NCBI GenBank assembly: GCA_024626585.2
Contig: JANKJI020000004.1
Location: 40,949,826 to 40,975,152, forward strand
DNA: 25,327 bases
Direction: 5' to 3'
From: Ginkgo biloba
Taxonomy: Eukaryota > Plantae > Ginkgophyta
Shown here: piece after piece, positions 1 through 11,767 of the stretch
How positions within the stretch are numbered: position 1 is the stretch's first letter
How the letters are laid out: each line of letters begins with the position of its first letter
The notes under the pieces: generated by a model
What the model was told of the DNA's origin: nothing
Databases searched by the model: none
What the model saw: only the letters and a program-made list of their open reading frames with translations
Position numbers and translations under genes: made by a program

Positions 1-461
1 TACATCCCACAAAGATTTTTCCCATCCATGGTTTAGGTACAAGGTCATCGTATTAGTGACCATATTGAGGATAGGTCGATTGAGCCTACTTACACTTATC
101 AAGGCTCCTTGTATTTTCACAACCTCTCCCTACTTTACACTCCACTATGAATCGTTGATCTATTAGACTCATTCTCATGTATTAATTAAATTCAAGTATA
201 TTCATGTTATCAAATCCTTTTTTACATGTTGGGNNNNNNNNNNNNNNNNNNNNNNNNNNNNNNNNNNNNNNNNNNNNNNNNNNNNNNNNNNNNNNNNNNN
301 NNNNNNNNNNNNNNNNNNNNNNNNNNNNNNNNNNNNNNNNNNNNNNNNNNNNNNNNAATAACCTTAAGTAGTGTTTATTGACCACTCAAGCCTTCTATTA
401 TTACTTCTAGCATTGGCAATGGACAAATCTCCCAATGTTGTGCTTCTTTTTAAAGTTAATG

Positions 462-1388
462 TGATGTGTCATTGGGACATAAGGGGGATAACATGTGGTC
501 CTATTAGGTCAAATCTTGTTGATAATGACCATGAGGAATCATATGTGAAGATTATTTAATATTTCTTATTTACTTATTAATAGTTTTAATCCACTGTTGG
601 TTTTCCTCTCACTATTTGACATGATCTCCACCATTGATGCAAATAACAATTATATACTTCTTGTGTGGATAACAAGTCTATGATTGTATAAGTTGGATGG
701 TCCATTGGCTTGTGCATAGGTATGTTTATATTATTATTCATAGCTTCCTTGAGCATAGACTCTTGCATGGACATGTTTTTATTCATATTCATGGAATTCT
801 CATAAAAGAAGCCATATGCATATATTGTGTAAAAATTATTATTCTTACACACTTGTATTGTGAGAGCATAATCTAAGTTCTTCTTTATTGTCCAAATTTC
901 ATTTGATCTCTTATGAGCTTGTAGATTCCTATTATGCACGTGTGATTAGATGTGCTTAATAATCTATAGTGTTTGGATAATTGTGCATGTGTATGTAAGT
1001 CATTTTTAGATTATGTTGGGTTACAACGTTTTCCCACGTGTAAGATATGCATGTGTCAAAGAGATTCCTTTATGATTTTGGGTTACAATAAAAACCTACT
1101 AACATGATAAATCCACATGGCAATGTAGCACAAAAAAGGCACCACATGGATAGGAAAAGTAGTTGCACCTTATTGGATGTTATTCCCTTTTTTTAGTGGT
1201 CAAAATTTAGTTTTGGGCACGAGAATATTTTACACATAGAGATAGTTGGGTTTGGACTAAGTAGAGGAATTAATTATGTATGATGATTCAATAATATAAC
1301 AATGCATACTTGAGTTTCCTTAGATTTTATTCAGATGTTTCTATATATCAAAGGTTACACCTTTCAGTCCTTCACCAAGGTTACATCA
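462..1388 (+). repeat. 5' LTR of family A (~927 bp)
   Basis: Begins TGATGTGTCATTGGG and ends GGTTACATCA (inverted termini TGATGT/ACATCA). 462-~980 aligns by eye with 4978-5508, and the first part aligns with 3988-4338. A PBS-like motif follows. Confidence 0.8.
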
Positions 1389-1390
1389 AT

Positions 1391-1402
1391 TAGTATTAAA
1401 GC
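1391..1402 (+). promoter_or_regulatory. Degenerate primer binding site (initiator tRNA-Met type)
   Basis: TAGTATTAAAGC versus canonical TGGTATCAGAGC: three mismatches, all transitions, located 2 nt after the LTR-terminal CA. Confidence 0.65.
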
Positions 1403-1930
1403 CTAGTCACTCGAAATTTAAGTGAGAATATTAGTTGGATTTTCTTTATTCCATTTTTTAGAATTTTTGTTTCTCTCGAATGGTATCCATATATAAGACT
1501 ATAGGCTTAGATATGGAGAGAAAGGGAGGCATGGGAGAGGGAAATAAAACTAATATACCACCATTAGAGAATCCATTTATAATCCATCCAAATATAAAAG
1601 ATACAAAGGGGGGTCAATTAAGTGATTTGGAGGATTTTCTAGAGGGAACTTTAGAGTATCATACAGATGAGATGTAGATTAGGATTCAAAAGATACTACA
1701 AGAGTAGAAAGAGATCCATAGAGCCATAGTGCCCTAAATCCATAGAGGAGAGCCATGACACCATAAGAGGAATTATTACACTCATGGAATAGATGAAAAC
1801 ATAAATTTTATCTTTAAGTGCTTCTTCTTTGGTGGTTCCACCACCAATGGTGACTCTTCCTTTGAGTTCTTCTCAACCTATTATTGCTTCTACTTCAGGT
1901 TTTTTAATGCAACCAACTTTTGGATAAAAA

Positions 1931-2455
1931 CCCTTCCAAGTTGATTCAAAGATTTTGATAAAAATGTTTGATGTGAAGATAAACATTGAGTCTTTAGAGA
2001 CTTGGATACAGGCCCTAGAGGTGATTTTTTCTTACCATTCATATTAAGATGGGCAGTGAATCTCCTTTCTTAAGTTGAAGATGTTGAAGAATGCTCTACT
2101 TTAGTGGGAGTCTTTTTGCAAGTCATGAGAGCAGGCAGGTTAGGCTAAGACTACTTCTTGGACTGACTTCAAGAAGGAGATGAGAAAGAACTTCTATCTT
2201 CTTGGTTATAAAGATGATCTCTTTTTTAAGTGGCGTCATCTTTGAAAAAAATTAGGGCAAAGTTTGGAAGATTATTCTGAGGAGTATTGGAATTTGTCCA
2301 TTTAGTTAAACATTAAGGAACTGATTGATAAGATGGTATTCAAATTTATAGAAGAACTCCCTAAATATTTTAGGCATGAGGTGGAGTTATTTTTTCTTCA
2401 CATTATTCATGACACATATAGATTTGCTTCTAAGATTGAATCTAAGAATAAGGCT
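1931..2455 (+). pseudogene. gag: Retrotransposon gag (Retrotrans_gag-like capsid domain) remnant
   Basis: One frame reads PFQVDSKILIKMFDVKINIESLETWIQALEVIF...ISFSKLKMLKNALL*WESF...SWTDFKKEMRKNFYLLGYKDDLFFKWRHL*KKLGQSLEDYSEEY...KFIEELPKYFRHEVELF. It has seven in-frame stops and no frameshift. Confidence 0.85.
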
Positions 2456-2650
2456 TCTAAGGAGTTCATAGAAATGCTAAGAAGAAGCCTTCTCCTATTT
2501 CTACTACCTCATATACTTATTTTACTATTTATTCTAGTAGTATACGTAGNNNNNNNNNNNNNNNNNNNNNNNNNNNNNNNNNNNNNNNNNNNNNNNNNNN
2601 NNNNNNNNNNNNNNNNNNNNNNNNNNNNNNNNNNNNNNNNNNNNNNNNNC

Positions 2651-2773
2651 ATAGAAAAGATAGTACTCAAGGTTAATAATGATCTATATACTCAACTTTG
2701 GCACAAGTTTAAGCTCTTTTCTCTTCATGCCATACATGAGGCATACAAGTTTACTTCAAAGACTGGAGTATAG
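2651..2773 (+). pseudogene. gag: Second, diverged copy of the gag capsid C-terminal segment
   Basis: IEKIVLKVNNDLYTQLWHKFKLFSLHAIHEAYKFTSK aligns with IDKMVFKFIEELPKYFRHEVELFFLHIIHDTYRFASK at ~2324-2434. Confidence 0.75.
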
Positions 2774-3140
2774 ATAAAGAGAAATCCACCAACATCTCCA
2801 AGAAAAAATAGGCACCAACCTTCTTCTTTGTACTATATAGGGAAGAGTATCTTTAATTATTATTCCTCAAAGAAAGAGGGATCATATTCACCAAAGAAGG
2901 ATAGCACACCCCCAATATCACCATGAATGGAGAAATGCAGGAAATTTTATCATAATCATTAGAGTATATATACATACAAATGATGTGTTTTTCTTATCAT
3001 ATGAAAATATCATATAGGTAATTATAGGAACATGCTCTAGTAGATGAGCCAAGTTCACCTTCTTCTTAACTTCTACACCTTCCATATCTAATGGAGTAGA
3101 TAGTCCTCTTATTTTACTCACATAGAAAGTAACTAAGGAT

Positions 3141-3506
3141 AGGGAGTGATTGTTCACTCTCAGGGTGTAAATCAAAGATAATGTGTTTCTATCCATTATT
3201 GATAATGGTAATAAAAAAAAATTGATTTTATCTTTGATAATATAGTGATTAGGGATTAATTTTACTCCTCATCATGATCCTTATTCCATTAGTTGCATAA
3301 TTAAGGACATTAAATAGGTAAATTTATAGTGCAACTTTAAATTTATAATTGCTTCTCATTACGGTGATTAGATAATTTATGATATAGTTTTTATCAATTA
3401 TACTAGTATGATCTTGGGCATTCATTTCATATTTTATAGGAAGGTAAAGATATATATTTATAAGGGATGATGTAAAGTTCACAAGAATGGGTTATCATTT
3501 ATATAA
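3141..3506 (+). pseudogene. Retrotransposon aspartic protease remnant
   Basis: RE*LFTLRV*IKDNVFLSIIDNGNKKKLI...TPHHDPYSI...CNFKFII...YDIVFINYTSMILGIHFIFYRK. IIDNG (D at 3201) is a decayed D[S/T]G motif, and the HPxPY-like and ILG motifs of gypsy proteases are present. Confidence 0.8.
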
Positions 3507-3987
3507 AATAGTACCAATACCTCCATCTATAATTTTGGACACTATTGCCATTGTCAATAAATTGGTGTGAGAAATACATGGCATTATATATTAAATTATT
3601 TCAGCATGTTAGTCACATTTTTGTAGGTATTATTCTATGCATCCAATTATTTTACACTCTCTTGATTTTCTTTGGCCCATAATAAGAAAACCAGTCTTAC
3701 AACTACTTAACCATTAGAGTATTATTCTAAGGATAAAAAGGTACAATGTATTTTATTAATTTTAGATAATGAAATATGAANNNNNNNNNNNNNNNNNNNN
3801 NNNNNNNNNNNCCACCCTATATGGTTGAGCCACATAATAATTATATTGGATCATATTATAAGTAATCATATAAGGTTTAACCATATCCATGCTAAGTGAA
3901 GTGGGTATATTTAGACAGGATAAAGAAGGAGATGCGATACCTTATGGTAAAAGTACTTGGATCCATTGATTTTCAAGGGATATGAAT

Positions 3988-4338
3988 TGATGTGTCATAA
4001 GGGAATAATGGGATCCTATCATATTTCCTAAAGGGGTATATCATTATTAANNNNNNNNNNNNNNNNNNNNNNNNNNNNNNNNNNNNNNNNNNNNNNNNNN
4101 NNNNNNNNTTTTATCCACCATTTATTTTTCTCTTACTATTTGGCATCATCTCCACCATTGATATATTTATTAATCATAGAGTCCTTACATGGATAAAAAG
4201 TATATGATTGCATGGATAGTTACAATCATTCCTTGGGCTACTCTATTATGCATGGGTAAGTTTCTATCTCATATATAGTTACATGGGTTATTGTCTTATG
4301 CACAAGCATGTTTCTATTCTTAACTCATGCTCTATTCA
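3988..4338 (+). repeat. Start of 3' LTR, family A (truncated by gap)
   Basis: TGATGTGTCAT preceded by the decayed purine tract AAGGGATATGAA (3975-3986). 4109-4338 aligns with ~5098-5270 and ~584-740. Confidence 0.75.
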
Positions 4339-4438
4339 NNNNNNNNNNNNNNNNNNNNNNNNNNNNNNNNNNNNNNNNNNNNNNNNNNNNNNNNNNNNNN
4401 NNNNNNNNNNNNNNNNNNNNNNNNNNNNNNNNNNNNNN

Positions 4439-5508
4439 GAAGGTAGAGATCTACACTCATAGGAAAGTGTAAGGTGCATAAGGATGGTGCATTGTTTGTA
4501 CTTAAGCTAATTCTAACCCCTCCATCTACAATATTGTATATCACTGCCATGGTCAAGTAATTGGTGCAATCAACACATGGCCTTACGCATTTAACTTCTT
4601 CACCTTATTGATCACATCTTTGTAGGGATCATTCTATGTATGCCACTTATTCTACACTCTCTTGGGTTGCTTTATCCCATGATAGAAAAACTAATGTTCT
4701 CATTACTTAGCTATTGAGTATTGTTCTAAGGAGAAAAATACATAGTCCCTTTTATTCCTTTCAAATATAAAAATATGCAATTGACAAACCTTTAGTACTG
4801 CCACCCTGTAGGATTAAGCCACATCATCATCAAAGTGGATCATAAAAGAAGTGGTCATATAACGTTTTATTATACCTACACTAGGTTAAGTGGGTTACTT
4901 TGGACAGGTTAAAGAATTATGTGCCATACCTTATGAACCAATCAATGGGATCCATTACGTCTTTAAGGGGGAGAAATTGAGGTGTCATTGGGACACAAGG
5001 GGGCCTAGCATATTATCCTATGGTATCTAATCTTGTTATGACCATGAGGAATCCTATATGAGGATTATTTCTTATTTCTTATTTATTTATTGAGTGTTTT
5101 TATCCACCGTTGGTTTTTATCTTACTATATGATATGATCTCCACCATTGATATAAATATAAATCATAGACTGCTTGCATGGATAACTATCTATCATTTAA
5201 TGGATAGTTGCATGAGTTATATAGGCTCTTGGATTGTACACAAGCATGTTTCTATTTCCTACTCTTATTTCTATTATTATTTATGGATTGCATTAGCATG
5301 TTTTCATTCTTATTCATGGCATCCTCATAAAAAGAACCATGCATATGTATTGTGTAACAATTATGATTATTACACACTTATATTATAAGAGCATAATCTA
5401 AGTTCTTCTTTGCTATTCAAATTCCATTAGATTTCTCGTAATCTTATAGATTCCTATCACGCATATGTCTGATTAGATGTGCTTGAGAATCTATATTGTT
5501 TGGGGATT
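4439..5508 (+). mobile_element. Further family A copy: protease end, 3' spacer, PPT and partial 3' LTR
   Basis: 4439-4990 is colinear with 3440-4000. LTR starts at 4978 (TGAGGTGTCATTGGGAC) and aligns with 462-~980 up to the gap. Confidence 0.85.
4965..4976 (+). promoter_or_regulatory. Polypurine tract, family A
   Basis: AAGGGGGAGAAA lies 1 nt before the LTR-initial TG. Confidence 0.75.
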
Positions 5509-7820
5509 NNNNNNNNNNNNNNNNNNNNNNNNNNNNNNNNNNNNNNNNNNNNNNNNNNNNNNNNNNNNNNNNNNNNNNNNNNNNNNNNNNNNNNNNNNNN
5601 NNNNNNNNNNNNNNNNNNNNNNNNNNNNNNNNNNNNNNNNNNNNNNNNNNNNNNNNNNNNNNNNNNNNNNNNNNNNNNNNNNNNNNNNNNNNNNNNNNNN
5701 NNNNNNNNNNNNNNNNNNNNNNNNNNNNNNNNNNNNNNNNNNNNNNNNNNNNNNNNNNNNNNNNNNNNNNNNNNNNNNNNNNNNNNNNNNNNNNNNNNNN
5801 NNNNNNNNNNNNNNNNNNNNNNNNNNNNNNNNNNNNNNNNNNNNNNNNNNNNNNNNNNNNNNNNNNNNNNNNNNNNNNNNNNNNNNNNNNNNNNNNNNNN
5901 NNNNNNNNNNNNNNNNNNNNNNNNNNNNNNNNNNNNNNNNNNNNNNNNNNNNNNNNNNNNNNNNNNNNNNNNNNNNNNNNNNNNNNNNNNNNNNNNNNNN
6001 NNNNNNNNNNNNNNNNNNNNNNNNNNNNNNNNNNNNNNNNNNNNNNNNNNNNNNNNNNNNNNNNNNNNNNNNNNNNNNNNNNNNNNNNNNNNNNNNNNNN
6101 NNNNNNNNNNNNNNNNNNNNNNNNNNNNNNNNNNNNNNNNNNNNNNNNNNNNNNNNNNNNNNNNNNNNNNNNNNNNNNNNNNNNNNNNNNNNNNNNNNNN
6201 NNNNNNNNNNNNNNNNNNNNNNNNNNNNNNNNNNNNNNNNNNNNNNNNNNNNNTCTAAATCACAGCACCTTATAATATAAATCTTACCTCAAAATCCTTC
6301 TTGAATTGAATTCAAAAGCTTACTTGAATATTCCAAGAAAATTCACTTTTTTAATAAACCTTTATAAACTTTACAAAAAACTTTATTCAAATTACATAAG
6401 ATTCACTTATATTACATACAAAATTGAGTCAAACACCTTTGTCTGATTATATTATTTAGTTGTTTAAACATACATTATAAAAGAATATTAGTTCTTGAGG
6501 ATGAAATTTAATTTTTAATGTAATTATTGATGTGCTAAGATTTGATCCATGTAATTTGATTTTTTATTCTACTTAAGACACCCACTATGTTCCTATTATT
6601 GCAAAGGTAGATGTACTCTATAATATGAAACTAGTGGTTCTTTAAGATATTAGAGCTATCAACTCCATACAAATCCTATTTTTTTAATACTAATTATTTA
6701 TGTTTTTTATCCTTATCACGTGTATGAATAAAATTTAATGGGGTAGGTAAGATGATAATAAGTGTCATCCATCACTTATAAATGAATATTATAAATTAAA
6801 ATTTCTCGTAATACACTTATAATGAAATTGAATAAGGCCTTTTAATATTGATAAAGTAGGTTTCTTATCATGGTTATCTAATAATTTTAAATATGCTAAC
6901 TTTTATAAGTTCTTATACTCTTAGTGATTTATATGATGCAATGTTGGGGAGAAATACTCTTTAACCATGAAATTTGGTTATGCCACACATATCTACATTC
7001 CTAAACTCAAATACCAAATTCGAAGATTTGGAATGGATCCCAAAATTATGAATTATTATTTTCACATTTCAAGTTATTTTAGTCACTTTTTGGGAGTTAT
7101 TTTTATTATCAAAATTTGTTATTCCCTATTATATATGGCCATTTAAAATTATTATTATAATCTTTATTTTATTATTATGATTTTTTATCTAAGAATCCCA
7201 AATATTTATTTGGAGTTATTTTATCAATATCTAAAATATGTTTATTACATGTTTCCTATTGTAATGCCTCCATAATTTTATGAGAAGATTACCTTTAAGA
7301 TAACATGTGTACCTGGTTATCCCAATAGTAAAGGGTGATGACTTNNNNNNNNNNNNNNNNNNNNNNNNNNNNNNNNNNNNNNNNNNNNNNNNNNNNNNNN
7401 NNNNNNNNNNNNNTTAACATCCAAACATCTTATGTAATGTAATTTGGACCTTAAATGATTCACATGTGATAGTTTGTATCAAGTTGAAGTGTTATATATT
7501 GAAGGATTGGACAATTGAATGTACTAAGGTTAATCAAATGTTTAATACCCAAGCAAACATTAAGCATATTTGATGCACATAACCTAATTCCTGCGATGAT
7601 TTCCTTGTGTTTGCTTCTCAATACCTTGCCAAGTTTACATATAGGTTGATAATCTATAGAAAATAACATTTAAACATAATGAAGAATATGCTTAATCTTA
7701 ATTGAAGATCATAATATTTCAAATATGGTTATTAAGGAATTATAACATAGGACTAATTTTTTTTCAATTCAAAAGCATGAATTTGTAATATGGATTGAAT
7801 TTGAAGTAGAAGGAGAAGTA

Positions 7821-7982
7821 TTGGCTTCAACTTAACAATGGTAGGAAAGCCAATAATTTTAAGAAAAGGCCTGGGATTAGTCTAAGAATCAACGATGGCT
7901 GACCACTAGATCTAGGACCAAAATTATAAATGAGGTCTAATGGGTATCACCCCTTAGTGGGATCCTAAGTGTTGATTATTCA
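7821..7982 (+). repeat. 5' part of a family B LTR
   Basis: Aligns with ~11797-11950 through shared blocks TTGGCTT.AACTTAA, TTAAGAAAAGGC and TCTAGGACCAAAATTAT. Confidence 0.75.
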
Positions 7983-8081
7983 NNNNNNNNNNNNNNNNNN
8001 NNNNNNNNNNNNNNNNNNNNNNNNNNNNNNNNNNNNNNNNNNNNNNNNNNNNNNNNNNNNNNNNNNNNNNNNNNNNNNNNN

Positions 8082-9000
8082 GATGTTTTAAGAAACATAA
8101 TCTCGATGCAGGTTTGCACAAGGTAAACAACATCTAGCACTAATCATAAAGAACAACCAACTCAATTGAAAGCTTCCCTATGATACAGATGATCTGGCCA
8201 AGGTGAGCTCTGCAAGAGAAATCAAGAGTGGTACCAAGATTGTCTAGCACTAGGACTAGTTTGTGCCCTTCACTTCCCAACACAATTTGACCTCATTACT
8301 TCATTCTACATTATAGGTCAATATTGTATGTTTGTTACTAAATTGATTTTGGATGTCATTGCAAGATCACATACTTGCTCATAACTTGTCATTGGATGTA
8401 GACTCACTCAATCTCAAACCAAGTGGTGAATCCCACACACACAATTTCAGCACCTATAGGAAAGAATAGTGTTTATTGTGTTAATTTGATTTATACGTGT
8501 CTACATTCACCTATCATGGTCTTTACCCAACTCATTGGAGGTTAGCACAGTCTTCTACGGCTTAGAGAATAGGCAATGAATCCCACAATAATTCGAATGA
8601 TCCAAAACTAATTTGTTGTGTCCATAAACACAACTAAAGCAAAGAATAATAAAGCCTATATTAAAGGGAATCAGATAACTAACCCTAAATAGGGTATAAT
8701 TAAGACTAAAGGAGGATGCTTATACTTTTAATGAAAGGATACCTTCTCAGATCTGAAAAGGTACCTTGAAGGCTATATAGAGGCATGGAGACCCTCTTCA
8801 TTCCATCATTCATTCATTCATATCAATTCTCTCTCTCATTAGACTGAAGACCTATTTGGGTAAGCAAGTGCATTGCATGCAATTCACTTGGTAGCAAGAA
8901 TTATTGGCATTCCTCTTCTTATAACTATTTCTCTTTCATACTATTATTCTAATGATTTATCATTATGTTGCACTATTTATATATTCTATCCATTAAATCC
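8082..9000 (+). repeat. Unassigned LTR-like fragment (boundaries approximate)
   Basis: TATA-like GGCTATATAG at 8771 followed by a pyrimidine-rich TTCA/CT stretch, as in LTR U3/R junctions. No match to the family B 3' LTR; no termini identified. Confidence 0.3.
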
Positions 9001-9550
9001 TCATAAATATCATTAATTGGTAAGGTTTCATATATATTACTTATAAATGGTATCATATGAGGTTTTAGATCTTGATACTCACACTTTTTAATGAAAAACC
9101 TGCATGTTTTGTATAAATCCATGTCTTTTTTCATACCCCTACATTTTTTATACAACCCGGGACTTTGATTATTCACAAATATGGATCTCTATAGAAACAT
9201 ATGCCTTTATCACTCAAATGTATAGGTTTTTCACTAAGGAAATAATCTAGCAAAAATAAAAAGGTTAATATAAGAAACCAAAAAGATAAGATGGAGAAGG
9301 AACATTTGTTAATGGAGGATTCACTAAGATCAGTAGAAATCTATTAGAGATTTATTTTTCTACAAGTTCATGGACAAGTCCAAATAAATTCATATGAGGA
9401 AAATAAAGTTTTGATGTAGTGAAAGATAAAGTAGTGAATTATTCCATTGAATACCATAGGAAAGTATTCACTATTTATGGTAAAGAATGCCATATAGTAA
9501 GCTTTGCACGTTGTATGTAATTTCTATTGGGAGAATTTTTATGTATTAAC

Positions 9551-10009
9551 ACTAAGCTTTACCTTAGAAGATGAATTGAATAGTTTGCCTCACTATATCA
9601 TCATTTATAAATAGAAGTATTATATCAACTCATTGGAACTAAAAAAACTAGGAGTTAGAAGGAACAAAGAGTCTACAAAAGCTTTTTGGGAGAGATGTAA
9701 GAATAGACTAATTATTAACAAATGTGAAAGATAATTCTCTATTTCTTCATTTGTCTTCTTCTTCAAGTTATAAGATAAATATTCTACTTTACAATTGTGA
9801 GTTGATCCTCATGTGGAAACACTTTTGTGCACCCTAATAATTTTAAATTCATAGACTTTCATTCCACTTCTAAGCTTAGTATAATATCTTTAAAGCATAC
9901 CATTCTCTTTTCTTTGATAAAATATTTTTTTATATGTTCATAGCTTATGAATGTGAAAAATTTAATTGTTCTAAAAAAATTTCCATATACACATTCTAAA
10001 CTCAGATTA
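9551..10009 (+). repeat. 3' part of the family B 5' LTR
   Basis: Aligns with ~12686-13170 (e.g. ACACTTTTGTGCAC.CTAATAATT, TCTTCTTCTTCAAG). Ends AGATTA, a decayed AGATCA complementary to a TGATCT-type start. Confidence 0.75.
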
Positions 10010-10014
10010 TATTT

Positions 10015-10026
10015 TAGTATGAGAGC
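10015..10026 (+). promoter_or_regulatory. Degenerate primer binding site (tRNA-Met type), family B
   Basis: TAGTATGAGAGC versus TGGTATCAGAGC (two mismatches), just after the LTR end and upstream of gag. Confidence 0.7.
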
Positions 10027-10454
10027 CTCATTTTAGTAACAATTCAACGTGCACTTGAAGCTATGAATAGTTTGGACTCATTAAAAGGAGAGTAACTTGC
10101 ATGCTCACCACTATTAGGTTACAAAAGAGATAGATAGATTTAATTGGATCAAGAAGTAAGTTAATCAAGAAATATTTCAAGATTATATTAGAGGGAATGG
10201 CTTTGAATCCCTATAGAAGAAGATGGAAGTGAGAGGGTTAACCTTTAGTGAAAAGTCTATTCCATTTTAAGACAAACATTAATGATAGGATGCCGTAACT
10301 CTTATAAATTATGTAAAGCATAGTATGTATATACTCCATGGCTACATCTATGGATATAACATCTAGTAACAGTGTTGTATGTAGGACTCATACAACCAAT
10401 AACACTATTATAGATCCTCTTAGAACTAAACTCATAATTCAAACATTAAATAAT

Positions 10455-10932
10455 ACTTTCAAATTTGAAATAAATGTGGAATCCCACCATAACATAAGAA
10501 AATGGATGTCAAAATGATTGAACATAGGGTAGTAGTTAGAGACTTATTTTGTAATATAATAATAAATAATCCCTTAAAAGATAGTTTTTACTAAGCTTAA
10601 GATGACAGGTTAAGTCTTTCTTCAATGGGAAAGCTTTTATGAAAGGTAACATCAACAAGTTAGATTAGTGATTGTTATATGGGAAGAATTTAAGGAACTA
10701 ATGGGTAAGCAATTAAGAAGAAATTCCACCTAGGCGGTTACATGAGGGAACAACAAAATAGGTGGAAATACTTCAAATAGAAATCTATTCAAAGTGTTGA
10801 GACCTATACTGGAGAATTCAACTAGTTTAACATTAGGTTGAAAGTTTCCAATGATGAAGATTTCTTTATTTTGACATATATAGGTGGATTACATAAACTT
10901 ATACAAAAAGAACTCAAAATATTTGAGGTAAG
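10455..10932 (+). pseudogene. gag: gag remnant, family B
   Basis: Frameshifted pieces: TFKFEINVE; KIVFTKLKMTG*VFLQWESF; IWEEFKELM; RWKYFK*KSIQSVETYTGEF; LTYIGGLHKLIQKELKIFEV. Confidence 0.8.
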
Positions 10933-11104
10933 NNNNNNNNNNNNNNNNNNNNNNNNNNNNNNNNNNNNNNNNNNNNNNNNNNNNNNNNNNNNNNNNNNNN
11001 NNNNNNNNNNNNNNNNNNNNNNNNNNNNNNNNTATATAGTGTCCACAATTAGACTTAAGATAATAAAATAAAGAGAAGCTAGTGAGAGAAAATCCCAATA
11101 TAGT

Positions 11105-11729
11105 ATAAACTCTTCAATAAGTTTTCTATGGTCATAGCCCCTCAATAAGATTAGACCCCATAGAGCCAAGAGCTAACTCTCCATGGCATATCATAAAGTT
11201 TGTTGAATACATCAATAAATATAGAGGGAGATGTAGGAGTCATTACTAAAGAGTTAGCAAAAATATAAAGCTATGCATGACAAGCACAAGTATTAATTTT
11301 AAGTGGGAGATAATGTGTGGCCACATTTATCGAGGGAAAGATTATGATGAAAAAAGCATGGAGATGACACTAATTGGGTATGGTCCATTAATCATCTTAG
11401 ATCAAATAGGAGACAATGCCTTTAAGCTTGATTTGCCATCATTTATGGGGCTCTGTCTAATTTTCAATGTTGATGACTTATATCTCTATGAACCCTGCAT
11501 ATTAGATGGAGAGGAAGGTGTAGATAAGATCTTTATATCTCCACCTAAAGAGTTAATTCCATATGCATATAAATTATTAGAAGAAGATTAAATACTTCAA
11601 AGTAAAGAGAGGGCATATAGACAAGTTGCCATAAAGCTACACAAAGATTACAAAAAAGGATAGTTACCATAGGTAGGAAAATGGTTCATATAATAACATA
11701 TAAGGGATGAATTTTCTAAGGTCATTTGA
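11105..11729 (+). pseudogene. Integrase C-terminal region remnant, family B
   Basis: QKYKAMHDKH; VGDNVWPHLSRERL; YGPLIILDQIGDNAFKLDLPSFMGLCLIFNVDDLYLYEP (GPY/F-type motif); then a LEED*IL...GKW tail. Confidence 0.85.
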
Positions 11730-11754
11730 ATAGATGATAAAGACCACCATTTTT

Positions 11755-11765
11755 AAGGAGGGAGG
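11755..11765 (+). promoter_or_regulatory. Polypurine tract, family B
   Basis: AAGGAGGGAGG lies directly after the integrase tail and before the LTR-homologous sequence. Confidence 0.7.
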
Positions 11766-11767
11766 TC

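Larger units (their letters stand above)
462..4338 (+). mobile_element. Degenerate Ty3/gypsy-derived LTR element, family A (LTR-PBS-gag-protease-PPT-LTR, no RT/RH/IN); probably two different copies joined at the 2550-2649 gap
   Basis: 5' LTR 462-1388, degenerate tRNA-Met PBS, gag remnant, aspartic protease remnant, purine-rich tract, then a second LTR start at 3988 homologous to 462. Confidence 0.8.

Noticed and set aside
586-939. 117-aa minus-strand ORF (also 5110-5388 on the plus strand)
   Set aside because: Both lie inside family A LTR copies, and the ORF track shows no equivalent ORF in the homologous copy.
1481-1489. TGGTATCCA as the PBS of family A
   Set aside because: The match stops after 7 nt and it is not adjacent to a CA terminus; 1391-1402 follows ACATCA and fits better.
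2940-2990. Possible gag zinc-knuckle remnant between capsid and protease
   Set aside because: The position is right, but the Cys/His ligands are too decayed to support a call.
5477-6280. Long ORFs in the track (259-267 aa), and similar ones at 21235-21583
   Set aside because: They are almost entirely N-run translated as X, so they are gap artefacts.
6254-7800. AT-rich stretch with GAGTTATTTT repeats, a small hairpin and a 69-aa ORF
   Set aside because: Low complexity, no convincing protein motif or termini; left unassigned.
9060-9235. Apparent ~20-bp periodic degenerate repeat
   Set aside because: Units are too divergent to define by eye; there are no conserved repeats with unique spacers, so it is not CRISPR-like.
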